A DNA stretch of 64,000 bases from a virus (taxonomy: Duplodnaviria; Caudoviricetes), in IMG/VR virus record IMGVR_UViG_2974556029_000001, positions 16,298-80,297 of that record; one strand, 5' to 3'. The notes below the pieces were generated by a model that worked only from the letters and a program-made list of their open reading frames with translations, was not told the DNA's origin and ran no database searches. The position numbers and the translations under genes are program-made. Positions 44,424 to 53,033 of this stretch are shown here, piece by piece. Numbering within the stretch: the first letter of the stretch is position 1; each line of letters opens with the position of its first letter.

Positions 44424-46270
44424 TCCCAGAAGGCCAGGTCGCTGATCTGGCCGCGGACCACCTCGAGTCGCCCGCGCAGGACGCGAATAGCGCTCATGGT
44501 CGCCGAGGTGACGGCGTCCTGGTGCAGGGCCTCAAGCGCCCGTTCAGCGTCCGTCACTTCGATCACCGCCTCGTAGCACCGCGACCAGATCTCGCGCGCC
44601 TTATCCGGATCGTAATTCGGATCCAGGAACGGCGGATTGATTGCGCCGGCCGCGCGCTCGGCCGCCTTGACGATGTCGCCGAGCCCGTTCATCCGCGCCA
44701 GGTCCAGGAACGGCGTCTGGTCGTGCATCCCGTCGACCAGCGCCAAGAACAGGGCCATGGCCATGGACTTCAGGTCCGGATCTCCGAAGCCGACGCGCTC
44801 GAGCGCCTCGTCATAGCGGCTCGCCCAGGACGGATTGGCCGCCGCGCCGAGTGCCACGGCCGCATAGAAGGGGTTGAAGGGCCTCATGCCCCTCTGCTGC
44901 GCCGGAGGAAGCTTCGGGGCTTCCTGGCGTCTCCACGGGGCGTCGCCGGCCTTTGTCGGTGAGGACCTGGCGGGAGCTGTCGGTCGCGGGAAGAGCTTCT
45001 CCAGGCGCCCCAGGAGATCATCTCGATAGGCGCGGCCCAGATCCGCGTCCGAAATCTGGTCGGCCGCCGCACGTAGGCGCTTCTTCAAGTCGACCTTCTG
45101 CTCCGGCGTCTGCAAGGGCATGGCGTCGCGCTCTCGCACGAACAGCGCCTCGACGAACGGGACGGTGCGCTGCAGCTGAGCGCGCAGGATCTCCGGCCCC
45201 TTGTCCTTCAGGATGTCATCCGGATCCTTGCCGCCCACCAGGTGGGTGAAGCGGAACGATCGGCCAGACCTGAGCATGGGGAGACTCTTGTCGATCGCAC
45301 GGCTGGCGGCGCGCTGGCCGGCCTTGTCTCCGTCGAAGCATAGGGTCGGCTCTGGATGCAGCCGCCACAGCGTCTCCATCTGCTCCTCGGTCAGGGACGT
45401 GCCCATGGCGGCGACGGCCGGCACGTTGGCGCGCTGACAGGCGATGACGTCCATGTACCCTTCGACCACCACCATCGGCGTCTTGGTCGCGCCGGCGGCC
45501 TGGCCGGCATGCAGAAGCCTCCGGGCGTCGGGAAGGCCGTAGAGCACGCGGCTCTTCTGGAAGATGTCCGTCTCGGGGCCGTTCAGATACTTCGCCTTCG
45601 CGCCCTTCTCCATCGCGCGGCCACCGAACGAGACCAGACGCCCACGGCCGTCGGCAATCGGGAACATGATGCGATCGCGGAATCGATCGTATGGCGGTGA
45701 GCCATCCTCAGGGCGGATCAGCAGGCCGGCGTCGACCAGGGCGTCCGGATGCGCGCCCTTGGCCACGAGGTAGTCCTTCAGGGCCGTGCGGCCGCCTGGC
45801 GCGTACCCGATCCCGAACCGTTTCCATTCCGCCTCAGGAAGGCCGCGCTTCTCCAGGTAGGCGCGCGCCGCCTCGCCGGCCGGGCGTCTTAGCTCCGCCT
45901 CGTACCAGGCGGCCGCGAGGTCGATCCAATCCGAGAGAGTGGCGCGCCGCCGCTCAGTCTCCACGGTCTTCTGGTCCGGCTCAGGCATGGCCATCCCGGC
46001 CTCGCCCGCCAGCCGCTCGACCGCCTCGTGGAAGGTCAGGCGCTCGGTCTCCTGGAGGAAAGAGATCAAGTCCCCGTGCTTCCCGCTGCTGAAGCAGTGA
46101 TAGAAGCCCTTGTCGTCGTTCACGAAGAACGAGGGGCTCTTCTCCTTGGTGAACGGCGACAGGCCGGCGTACTCGCGGCCTTGGCGCCGGAGCTTCACGC
46201 TCTTGCCGATCACGTCGGACGGGCGGAGGCGGCTCTTGAGCTCCTCCAGGAAACTGTCAGGGATGCGCAT
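44414..46270 (-). CDS. dnaG: DNA primase, bacterial type
   Basis: Zn-finger GLSPF..EK.PSF...YHCF, DRFRDRIMFPI, FGGRA, KYLNGPET, VVEGYMDV, CFDGD.AG, GKDPD. Confidence 0.95.
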   Translation of the reverse strand: MRIPDSFLEELKSRLRPSDVIGKSVKLRRQGREYAGLSPFTKEKSPSFFVNDDKGFYHCFSSGKHGDLISFLQETERLTFHEAVERLAGEAGMAMPEPDQKTVETERRRATLSDWIDLAAAWYEAELRRPAGEAARAYLEKRGLPEAEWKRFGIGYAPGGRTALKDYLVAKGAHPDALVDAGLLIRPEDGSPPYDRFRDRIMFPIADGRGRLVSFGGRAMEKGAKAKYLNGPETDIFQKSRVLYGLPDARRLLHAGQAAGATKTPMVVVEGYMDVIACQRANVPAVAAMGTSLTEEQMETLWRLHPEPTLCFDGDKAGQRAASRAIDKSLPMLRSGRSFRFTHLVGGKDPDDILKDKGPEILRAQLQRTVPFVEALFVRERDAMPLQTPEQKVDLKKRLRAAADQISDADLGRAYRDDLLGRLEKLFPRPTAPARSSPTKAGDAPWRRQEAPKLPPAQQRGMRPFNPFYAAVALGAAANPSWASRYDEALERVGFGDPDLKSMAMALFLALVDGMHDQTPFLDLARMNGLGDIVKAAERAAGAINPPFLDPNYDPDKAREIWSRCYEAVIEVTDAERALEALHQDAVTSATMSAIRVLRGRLEVVRGQISDLAFWDQD

Positions 46271-46281
46271 GTCAGGGGTAC

Positions 46282-47130
46282 TCAGGTGTGGGTGAACAGG
46301 TCCTTCTGCGGCATGTTGGCCACAGCGGACGGATTGATCCATAGTACCTCGGTCCGCGGGCGCGCACCGTCGGCCAGGGCCTGGCGCTCGATACGCCGCC
46401 ATCCAGACAGACGCTCGTCATAGAGCGCATGCGGATAGCCCGAGAGCACGACCATGCCCTTCAGAGACAAGAGAAGATCCAGGAGGGCCTGGTGTTGCCC
46501 ATCCGTCAGCTCGTGCTTGTACGAACCGCCGCCGGGGCGCCTGGCGACGCGCGTGCGCGTGGCGTGCAGATAGGGCGGGTCGACGTAGTGCAGGGTCTCC
46601 GGAGTGTCATGCTGGCGCATGACCTCGAGTCCATCCTTGCACTCAATCGTGATGCCCTGCAGGCGCGCCACGGCCTGGCCCAGGGCCGCGCCATAATTGA
46701 CCCAGTCGTGCGCCGGCGTCGTGCCGTTCCGATTGCTGTTGGACCGAAAGCCCGTCCGATAGGGGCTGGTCGGTCCGTCGGACCCGTGGCCCATGAAGGA
46801 TCGCACCACAAGGCGGCGCGCCCGTTCGACGCGACAGTCGCATGGGTCATAGGCCTCGTTGAACTCCTCACGCGCGAACGGTGTCAGCTGCAGCATCCGC
46901 TTCAGCTGGCCGGCCGTGCGGCGGTTTCGCAGAACGCGGAACAGGTTGACGACGTCCTTGTCGAGGTCGTTGTAGACCTCGGAGTAGCAGCGGTCCTTGC
47001 GCATCAGCACCGAGGCCGCGCCGCCGAAGGGCTCGACGTAGATCCGATGGGGCGGGAAGTTCTCGATGATCCAGGGCGCCAGCATCCACTTTCCGCCGTG
47101 CCAACGAAGGACGGGTCGATCAACGCTCAT
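46282..47130 (-). CDS. Dam-like (D12 class) DNA adenine methyltransferase
   Basis: RWHGGKW, YVEPFGGAASV, YND.D, YVDPPY. Confidence 0.9.
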   Translation of the reverse strand: MSVDRPVLRWHGGKWMLAPWIIENFPPHRIYVEPFGGAASVLMRKDRCYSEVYNDLDKDVVNLFRVLRNRRTAGQLKRMLQLTPFAREEFNEAYDPCDCRVERARRLVVRSFMGHGSDGPTSPYRTGFRSNSNRNGTTPAHDWVNYGAALGQAVARLQGITIECKDGLEVMRQHDTPETLHYVDPPYLHATRTRVARRPGGGSYKHELTDGQHQALLDLLLSLKGMVVLSGYPHALYDERLSGWRRIERQALADGARPRTEVLWINPSAVANMPQKDLFTHT

Positions 47131-47411
47131 TCCGGCGGATCTCCTCGCCAACCACAAACCCGGCAGGCCGGAACCTCGGACATGCACGAAGAGCAAGGCG
47201 CGGACCTGAAGCAGCTGCATCCCCCAAGACCAGGGTCTCTTTCCAGCCACAGCATGCCTACGCATCCTGGACGGCCGCAGATGTCACCTTCTTCATCCCC
47301 GAAGGCTTTAGCGGTGTGGCGACCGAGCAGGATGTTGAGCATCCAACTAGCTGAGCGATATTTGCGCGCGGCTCTCTTTCTGCGCCGATTTGTGGATCTC
47401 AGGTTTCGCAT
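47127..47411 (-). CDS. Cys-rich zinc-finger-like protein
   Basis: C....C, CSC....PC..C, C..CGW. Confidence 0.5.
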   Translation of the reverse strand: MRNLRSTNRRRKRAARKYRSASWMLNILLGRHTAKAFGDEEGDICGRPGCVGMLWLERDPGLGGCSCFRSAPCSSCMSEVPACRVCGWRGDPPE

Positions 47412-47734
47412 CGAAACTTCTCCTGCTTGCGCGCCATGATGCCGGCTCGGCGCATGGGCGCGTCATAGGTGTTGTGGCACCGCTGGCACCAGGACTTCAG
47501 GTTCGGCCTGTCGCCGGGGACGCCGTTGTCCTCCGGCTGGTGGTTGAGGTGCGCTGTGGTCAGGACCACGATCGACCCCGTCACCGGGTGGGGCTTGCCG
47601 TTCTCCGCCCGGCAGTCGGGATAGGCCGGCGATCCCTCGCACCGGTTTCCGGCGCGCTCCCGGACCTCGAGAACGATCACCTGCCACTCGGCGCGTGGCG
47701 GGTAGCGCTTCTTGTTCTCCGCGCGGATGGGCAT
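47399..47734 (-). CDS. HNH endonuclease-like protein
   Basis: RCE....C, VLT.AHL.H...DN...NL..WCQ.CH..YD. Confidence 0.75.
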   Translation of the reverse strand: MPIRAENKKRYPPRAEWQVIVLEVRERAGNRCEGSPAYPDCRAENGKPHPVTGSIVVLTTAHLNHQPEDNGVPGDRPNLKSWCQRCHNTYDAPMRRAGIMARKQEKFRCET

Positions 47735-47737
47735 GGT

Positions 47738-48004
47738 TCAGTCGATTGTGATGCCGGCCGGCATGAAGTTGCCGACGCAGACCTTGCCTGTCACGTTTCC
47801 GGCGCGCCACCGGAAGCCGTCTCGGTTCTTGGCGCAGAAGACCATGGCGTGATGGATCTCGTCGACTTGGTAGCCGCGGGCCGCCACGGCGCGCCTGTCC
47901 TGCTCCTCTCGCCCCGGCAAGACGACCAAGCCGTAGAAGGCGATGGCCAGGGCGCCGAACAGGATGATGATGGCCAGGTTGGATATAGAGCTGCTCCGCG
48001 CCAT
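47738..48004 (-). CDS. Small membrane-anchored protein
   Basis: N-terminal TM segment; two Cys in the C-part. Confidence 0.55.
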   Translation of the reverse strand: MARSSSISNLAIIILFGALAIAFYGLVVLPGREEQDRRAVAARGYQVDEIHHAMVFCAKNRDGFRWRAGNVTGKVCVGNFMPAGITID

Positions 48005-48005
48005 A

Positions 48006-48581
48006 TCAGACCGCCTTCTCGATGATGAAGATCTCGCCCGGTTCGTCGACCATGACCATGAAGCGCGCCGCCGGGTGGTAGTAGCCCTTGCTGCGGATCA
48101 TGGCGGCCAGCTGTTCCCGATCGGGGATCTGCATGCCGGCGGGAATGTTGAACCAGTCGACGTTGAGGAAGCTGATCGGATTGCCGCCGCCGAAACAGAA
48201 GCCGGCCGTCAGCTTGGGCGGCAGCTGATAGACGCGGACGGGGATGTCCTTCTCGGCGATCGTGAAGACGGGCGCGGCCGGCGGGATGATCTTCAGCTCC
48301 TGGAGCTTCCTGATCACAGCCTTGGCGGCGATGCGGGACGTCCAGTCCTGATCGATGCTGTCCTGAATGGCCTCGTCGATATCGTCCTCGAAAGGCGACC
48401 AGTCGATAGGCTGGCTCAAGATCTCATCGGCGATCACGCCCAGGTCTAGCTCCTGGATATCGACGTAGAGGTAGACGGTCTTCGGACCATCTTCCCCACC
48501 TTCGAAGGCGGTGGCCCCGATCTTGGATGCGCTTTCGGACTCGATGGCGTCACGGATCGCTTTGATGATGATGTCGCGCAT
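48006..48581 (-). CDS. Hypothetical protein
   Basis: Start re-called at MRDIIIK. Confidence 0.5.
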   Translation of the reverse strand: MRDIIIKAIRDAIESESASKIGATAFEGGEDGPKTVYLYVDIQELDLGVIADEILSQPIDWSPFEDDIDEAIQDSIDQDWTSRIAAKAVIRKLQELKIIPPAAPVFTIAEKDIPVRVYQLPPKLTAGFCFGGGNPISFLNVDWFNIPAGMQIPDREQLAAMIRSKGYYHPAARFMVMVDEPGEIFIIEKAV

Positions 48582-48583
48582 GA

Positions 48584-49129
48584 TCAGTGCACCCCGCGAT
48601 AGTAGGCGGCCGGACGCCGCATCAGCAGTTCGTGCATGGCGGCGAGAAGGGCGTTGGCGCGATCGGCGCGCGCCGTCGTGTCTTCCAGGGTCGTCAGCTC
48701 GCTCATGAGAGAGACGTGGGGCGCCGCGTGGATGATCCTTTGCCGCGCATAGGCGTCGGCCAAGGGTTCGAACCTGGTCTTGCGGCCGCCGGCGAAGTGG
48801 TAATGCCGGACGCGGCATGCCACGCCCGACCTGGCCAGGACAGAGGCCGTCATCTCGGATTGCTCTTCGCCCGCCACCGCGACGAGATCCGCGTCGTACT
48901 CGATCACGGCCTGGCAGATGTGCTGGGCCCAGATCGCCGGGTTCTCGTAGCAGCCGCTCAGATCCGCGAGCACGTAGCCGAGGCCCGTGACCTGGCCGAC
49001 GCCGGCGACAACGATGCCGCACACGTCCTTGGGATAGAACGGCGGGTCGATGCCGATGACGACCCGATCCAGCTTCTCGTGGATCTCCGTCTCCCAGCGG
49101 AAGAAGATGGGATAGCCGAACATGTTCAT
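48584..49129 (-). CDS. Stand-alone degenerate terminase large-subunit nuclease (Terminase_6C-like) domain
   Basis: LDRVVIGIDPP...CGIVVAG...GYVLAD...P..WA.....Y.AD....K..R.EPL...Y....I.H...DR..A matches the recalled GTA-type TerL C-domain; own GAGGAG SD. Confidence 0.65.
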   Translation of the reverse strand: MNMFGYPIFFRWETEIHEKLDRVVIGIDPPFYPKDVCGIVVAGVGQVTGLGYVLADLSGCYENPAIWAQHICQAVIEYDADLVAVAGEEQSEMTASVLARSGVACRVRHYHFAGGRKTRFEPLADAYARQRIIHAAPHVSLMSELTTLEDTTARADRANALLAAMHELLMRRPAAYYRGVH

Positions 49130-49131
49130 GG

Positions 49132-50445
49132 TCAAATCTCCTCGTCGCCGGGGAACGGCATGCGCCCGACGTCGAGGACCTTGCCGCAATCCAGGCAGGT
49201 CTCGACCGGCACTCCGTCTCCGGTGGGGTACTGGCGCACAGACTCGTGGGCGCAGCTGTCCTGCATCTCCTGGATGACCTCGTCCTTGGCGGCGTCGGTC
49301 AGGGTGATGCGGTGCGGCTGCACGTCGATCGGCGAGACGATGTCCAGGCCCCATTCCTGGCGGTAGGCGTCCAGGGCCTTGTGGGCCACGTTGAGCTCGT
49401 CGAACTCACCCCAGTCCGCGACGTCGCCGTTCTTGTGGTAGCCGGCCACGCCCTGGCTGTCAGAGGTGATGGCCACGAAGCCTTCGACGGCCTCGACCAG
49501 CAGCGCCGTGGCGTCCACCTGGTGCATGGGGAGCGCAGAGCCGCTGGGCTTGGTGGCCTGCTTGATGCGGATCTTGTCGATCGCGCCCCAGACGCGGGCG
49601 AGTTCGGCCTCGGCCGCCTGCTGCATGTCGACCATCTGGCCCTTCAGGTAGACGGCCAGAGTCAGCAGCACGCCGCCCGCTTCCTGGGTGATGTGGCCAG
49701 CCGGGCGCGCGGCGACGTATCGGACCAGCGCCGGGATCCGGGCGAAGTCGTAGCCGGCCGCCTGCAGCAGCTCGAGCACCTCCTCGAGGAACCGATCGCC
49801 GCGCTCCACGGGGTCGGTCATGACCTCGGGCGGGAAGCAAGCCGAGCCCCAGTCCCAGACGCGATCCTGGAAGCCTTGCGGCGCGCCCAGACGCTTCAGG
49901 GCGTCCCGAGCAATGCCGGACGCCTCGCCAGGCGGCCAGTCCTCCAGTTCCGTCCAGCTGTGGCCGTCGCCGTGATGGCGCACGACTCGGCCCTCATGAA
50001 TGGACTCGAGGGCCTGGCGCAGACCGACGATCCTGTCGTGCGAAACGCTGTTGGCGCGCAGCAGATCGCCATTCCGCCGACGCAGGCTCGCCACCTCCTC
50101 GCGCAAGGCCTTCACCTCGTCGACCAGCGGGATGATGTTCGCCGGCTGCGCGGCCGCCATGTACTCGGTCAGCTGGCGGCCGTTCTCGTCCCAGTCCAGG
50201 CCATAGCCGCCATCTTCGTCGGCGTGCATCTCGCGTTGCAGCTCGACCAGATCGCCGTTCTCGACGCCGCCGATGACGCGCGGCGTCGTCTTTCCGGGCG
50301 CGGCGTCACAGAGCAGGACGTAGGACAGGAAGTCCGGGCTGCTGTCGACCTTGAGGTGGTCGTTCTCCCAGACGCCGGGCGCGATCGTCTGGGCACGCTG
50401 CGCCTTGGCGCGCAGCTCCACCAGTTCCTTGATGGTCATGGCCAT
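49132..50445 (-). CDS. Multidomain protein with MazG-like/dNTP pyrophosphatase-like domain
   Basis: FQ.RV..W...CF......ERGDRFLEE..EL.Q..G...RP.G...QE.GG...TL..Y; Ead-like N-part. Confidence 0.55.
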   Translation of the reverse strand: MAMTIKELVELRAKAQRAQTIAPGVWENDHLKVDSSPDFLSYVLLCDAAPGKTTPRVIGGVENGDLVELQREMHADEDGGYGLDWDENGRQLTEYMAAAQPANIIPLVDEVKALREEVASLRRRNGDLLRANSVSHDRIVGLRQALESIHEGRVVRHHGDGHSWTELEDWPPGEASGIARDALKRLGAPQGFQDRVWDWGSACFPPEVMTDPVERGDRFLEEVLELLQAAGYDFARIPALVRYVAARPAGHITQEAGGVLLTLAVYLKGQMVDMQQAAEAELARVWGAIDKIRIKQATKPSGSALPMHQVDATALLVEAVEGFVAITSDSQGVAGYHKNGDVADWGEFDELNVAHKALDAYRQEWGLDIVSPIDVQPHRITLTDAAKDEVIQEMQDSCAHESVRQYPTGDGVPVETCLDCGKVLDVGRMPFPGDEEI

Positions 50446-50447
50446 GG

Positions 50448-50906
50448 TTACGCCTCCCCGCGCGGCGGGAGGACGATCACGTCCGCCCCTTTGTTCTGGG
50501 CCGCCTTCGCCTTGACGGTTTCGACCATGGCGGCGATCGCCTCGTCGGCCTCGGTCGCCCAGGTCTCCGGCGAATGGATGGCGAAACCCAGGAGGAAGTG
50601 CAGGGCGGCGGCATACTCGGCCTCCGCCTTCTCCGGCACGATGACCATGCCAGCGTCGCGCAAAAGCCTGCCGATGCCATGGAGCCTCCACGGTTGGGTG
50701 GACAGGCCCAGGACGATGGCGACCGGATCGGGCTTCTGGTCGCCCGGGTCGCGCGGCAAGACGATGCTGTCCGTTGCCGGCCAGAGTTCTTTCTTGGCGT
50801 GCTCGATGGCGCGCTCGGCCATGGCCAGGGACATGGCGTCGGGCGCCTGGTCGGCCGGCAGGGTGGTGAAGATGGCGCGAGCCATGCTTTCGGGGGTCAG
50901 GGGCAT
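50448..50906 (-). CDS. Hypothetical protein
   Basis: AAGGAAG SD. Confidence 0.55.
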   Translation of the reverse strand: MPLTPESMARAIFTTLPADQAPDAMSLAMAERAIEHAKKELWPATDSIVLPRDPGDQKPDPVAIVLGLSTQPWRLHGIGRLLRDAGMVIVPEKAEAEYAAALHFLLGFAIHSPETWATEADEAIAAMVETVKAKAAQNKGADVIVLPPRGEA

Positions 50907-50917
50907 GGTAGCTTCCT

Positions 50918-51286
50918 TCAGGGGTTGACGAGGATCGCGAAGACCTCGACGGGGTTGGGACCGAAGAACTCATGGGTGATCGTCTGGCGCTCATAGCCGC
51001 GCCAGGGCAGTTCCAGGCGCGTCTCGCCCAGCACGCCGCCGCCGGCCGGATAGCCCTTGGTCAGGACGATCCGGTCATATTCGCGGCCCTCAAGCTTCTT
51101 GACGAAGTAGGGCGTGACCAGGCGGTATTCGAACCGCTTGGTGCCGGCCGCGATCTCGTCGAAGTAGCGGTGCTTCATGGGCAGGGTCAGGGTGCGCATG
51201 GGCTTATTCTCCAGGCCCAGATGCTGGACGAAGATGTCCGAAACCATCTGGGCCACCTTGGGGTTGGTCAGGTCAGGAATGGCCAT
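50918..51286 (-). CDS. ASCH domain protein
   Basis: L.L.M...YF..I..G.K..EYR......KKL....YD.I....GY. Confidence 0.7.
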   Translation of the reverse strand: MAIPDLTNPKVAQMVSDIFVQHLGLENKPMRTLTLPMKHRYFDEIAAGTKRFEYRLVTPYFVKKLEGREYDRIVLTKGYPAGGGVLGETRLELPWRGYERQTITHEFFGPNPVEVFAILVNP

Positions 51287-52073
51287 CGGGATCGATGCCG
51301 AGTTCGCCGAAGATCTTCTCCATCTCCACTTCCGCGTCGGTGGGCTGGTTTCCGTGGCCGGAAATGGCTTTCCAAGCCAAGATCAGCGCCTTCTTCATCC
51401 GAGGTGCGGCGGCCATCAGGTCGGCGTGTTGGCGGACCTGCTGTGGGGTCAGGTCGCCGTTGTGCACGGCCACGCCGACGGCCAGGCCATCATGGCGCAG
51501 GATGTTGATGTCCTGGACATGCTCCTCGGCGTCCTGAGGCCCGGTGTGCCAGCCATCCTCGGTCGGCGTCACGTTGCCCTTGAAGAAGGTGACGCCCGGC
51601 GCCGAGATCTCGACGCCGCCGATCTTGGCGCTGAACATGATGTCCCTGATGGCGAAGTCGCGAGGCTCTTCCTTCTCGACGTCGAACGCCCGGAGCATCC
51701 ATTGGTCCTCTGGGTGCCATTCGGTCTTGCCCCACCAGACCGCGATCGGGCGCACCTTTCGGGGCGTGATCTCGCCGCGGTAGTTGCGGTAGACGAACTC
51801 GAACGGTGGCCAGGCGCGCGTCGGCGTGCCGTTGATCTCCGGGTCCACGAGGACGCGGATCGGGTGGATGGTGCCGTCGCCGAGCCATTCGACCGACAGG
51901 CAAGCCCCGTTGAAGAGCATGCCCAGTTCGATGTCTTCCGGCGCCCAGCGAGTATGGGTGCACACGACGTCGGCGGCCATGCCGACCACCGGCCCCTGGG
52001 CGAAGTGGAGCGGGCCGTAGCTCTGGTCCAGGCCAGCGGTGCCGGTCTTGCCCTTGAAGTTGATGGATCGCAT
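51273..52073 (-). CDS. WYL-domain protein
   Basis: F.Y.NYRGE...R.V.P....W....WHP..QW.L.AFD.EK...R.FA..DI. Confidence 0.7.
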   Translation of the reverse strand: MRSINFKGKTGTAGLDQSYGPLHFAQGPVVGMAADVVCTHTRWAPEDIELGMLFNGACLSVEWLGDGTIHPIRVLVDPEINGTPTRAWPPFEFVYRNYRGEITPRKVRPIAVWWGKTEWHPEDQWMLRAFDVEKEEPRDFAIRDIMFSAKIGGVEISAPGVTFFKGNVTPTEDGWHTGPQDAEEHVQDINILRHDGLAVGVAVHNGDLTPQQVRQHADLMAAAPRMKKALILAWKAISGHGNQPTDAEVEMEKIFGELGIDPDGHS

Positions 52074-52084
52074 CGGAGGTCCTT

Positions 52085-52321
52085 TCAGGCGTCCAGGTCG
52101 ATGTTCGACCAGTCCAGGGGGGCGGGCCGCGCGTGGTGGGCGAACGTGCCCTCCAGCGTGGCGCGCGGGTTGATGATCAGGCATGCGACCCAGGCCAGGA
52201 GGCCGACCGCTGCTCGCAGGATCCAGATCGCGAGCTGCAGCAGCAGGATCACGCCCTGGACCAGGTAGGTGAAGAAGAAGACGGCGATCAGCAGAAAGCC
52301 GAGGACGGCGAGCTCACCCAT
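52085..52321 (-). CDS. Small membrane protein
   Basis: Hydrophobic stretch of about 45 aa. Confidence 0.55.
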   Translation of the reverse strand: MGELAVLGFLLIAVFFFTYLVQGVILLLQLAIWILRAAVGLLAWVACLIINPRATLEGTFAHHARPAPLDWSNIDLDA

Positions 52322-52323
52322 GG

Positions 52324-52986
52324 TCAGACTTTCTGGCCAGGGAAGATCGGCGGCGCGGGGCGCGGGCCGTAGGGACAGATGGGGCCCATGCGGTCGATCC
52401 AATCCAGCGCGCGGATCAGCCAGCCCTCCGGCTTGCGCTCGACGCGCTGATCTCGGACCACGTCGTAACCGCGCAGGCGGCTCCCGAGCGTGTCTGCGCC
52501 CATGTTCAGGTAGGGCGCGATCAGGTTGACCGACTTCAGGCGCCTGTCGAACCAGTCAGCGAAACCCTCCACGTCGCCGTTATCGACCGGCTTGGGGAAG
52601 TTCATCAGGTAGTGGGCGCAGGCTAGGGCCTCGCCCTTCTTGATGATCAGGCCCTCGGCCGCCATCAGCTTGGGGTTCTTCAGCTTCTTGACCCGCAAAG
52701 GCGCGATCTGAAGGTCCTGGTAGGGGTGGGTCGTGCCCCGCCCCAGGCGCATGGCCAGCGCCTTCGCCCCCTGGACCCAGTCCGCGAACTCCTCCGGCGT
52801 CATCCAGATGCGGTTCTCGACGTCGCTGGTGGCGGCGACCACGGCGGCGCGGACCGGCCTCCAGGCTGGCGCGCCCCGGCTCTCCAGGACCAGGGAAGCG
52901 ACCAGGGCGTCGGTGCCGGACCATGTGCCGTGGCACAAGGACTCGAGGGCAGGCATCTTGGCGGCGGGGAGAAGTTCGTCGGACAT
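52324..52986 (-). CDS. Hypothetical protein (possible C-terminal HTH)
   Basis: 220 aa, GAGG SD. Confidence 0.5.
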   Translation of the reverse strand: MSDELLPAAKMPALESLCHGTWSGTDALVASLVLESRGAPAWRPVRAAVVAATSDVENRIWMTPEEFADWVQGAKALAMRLGRGTTHPYQDLQIAPLRVKKLKNPKLMAAEGLIIKKGEALACAHYLMNFPKPVDNGDVEGFADWFDRRLKSVNLIAPYLNMGADTLGSRLRGYDVVRDQRVERKPEGWLIRALDWIDRMGPICPYGPRPAPPIFPGQKV

Positions 52987-53033
52987 AGGCAGACCTCAGG
53001 AAGCGGGAGCGATGGTGGTGCGGCGCTGCGCTG

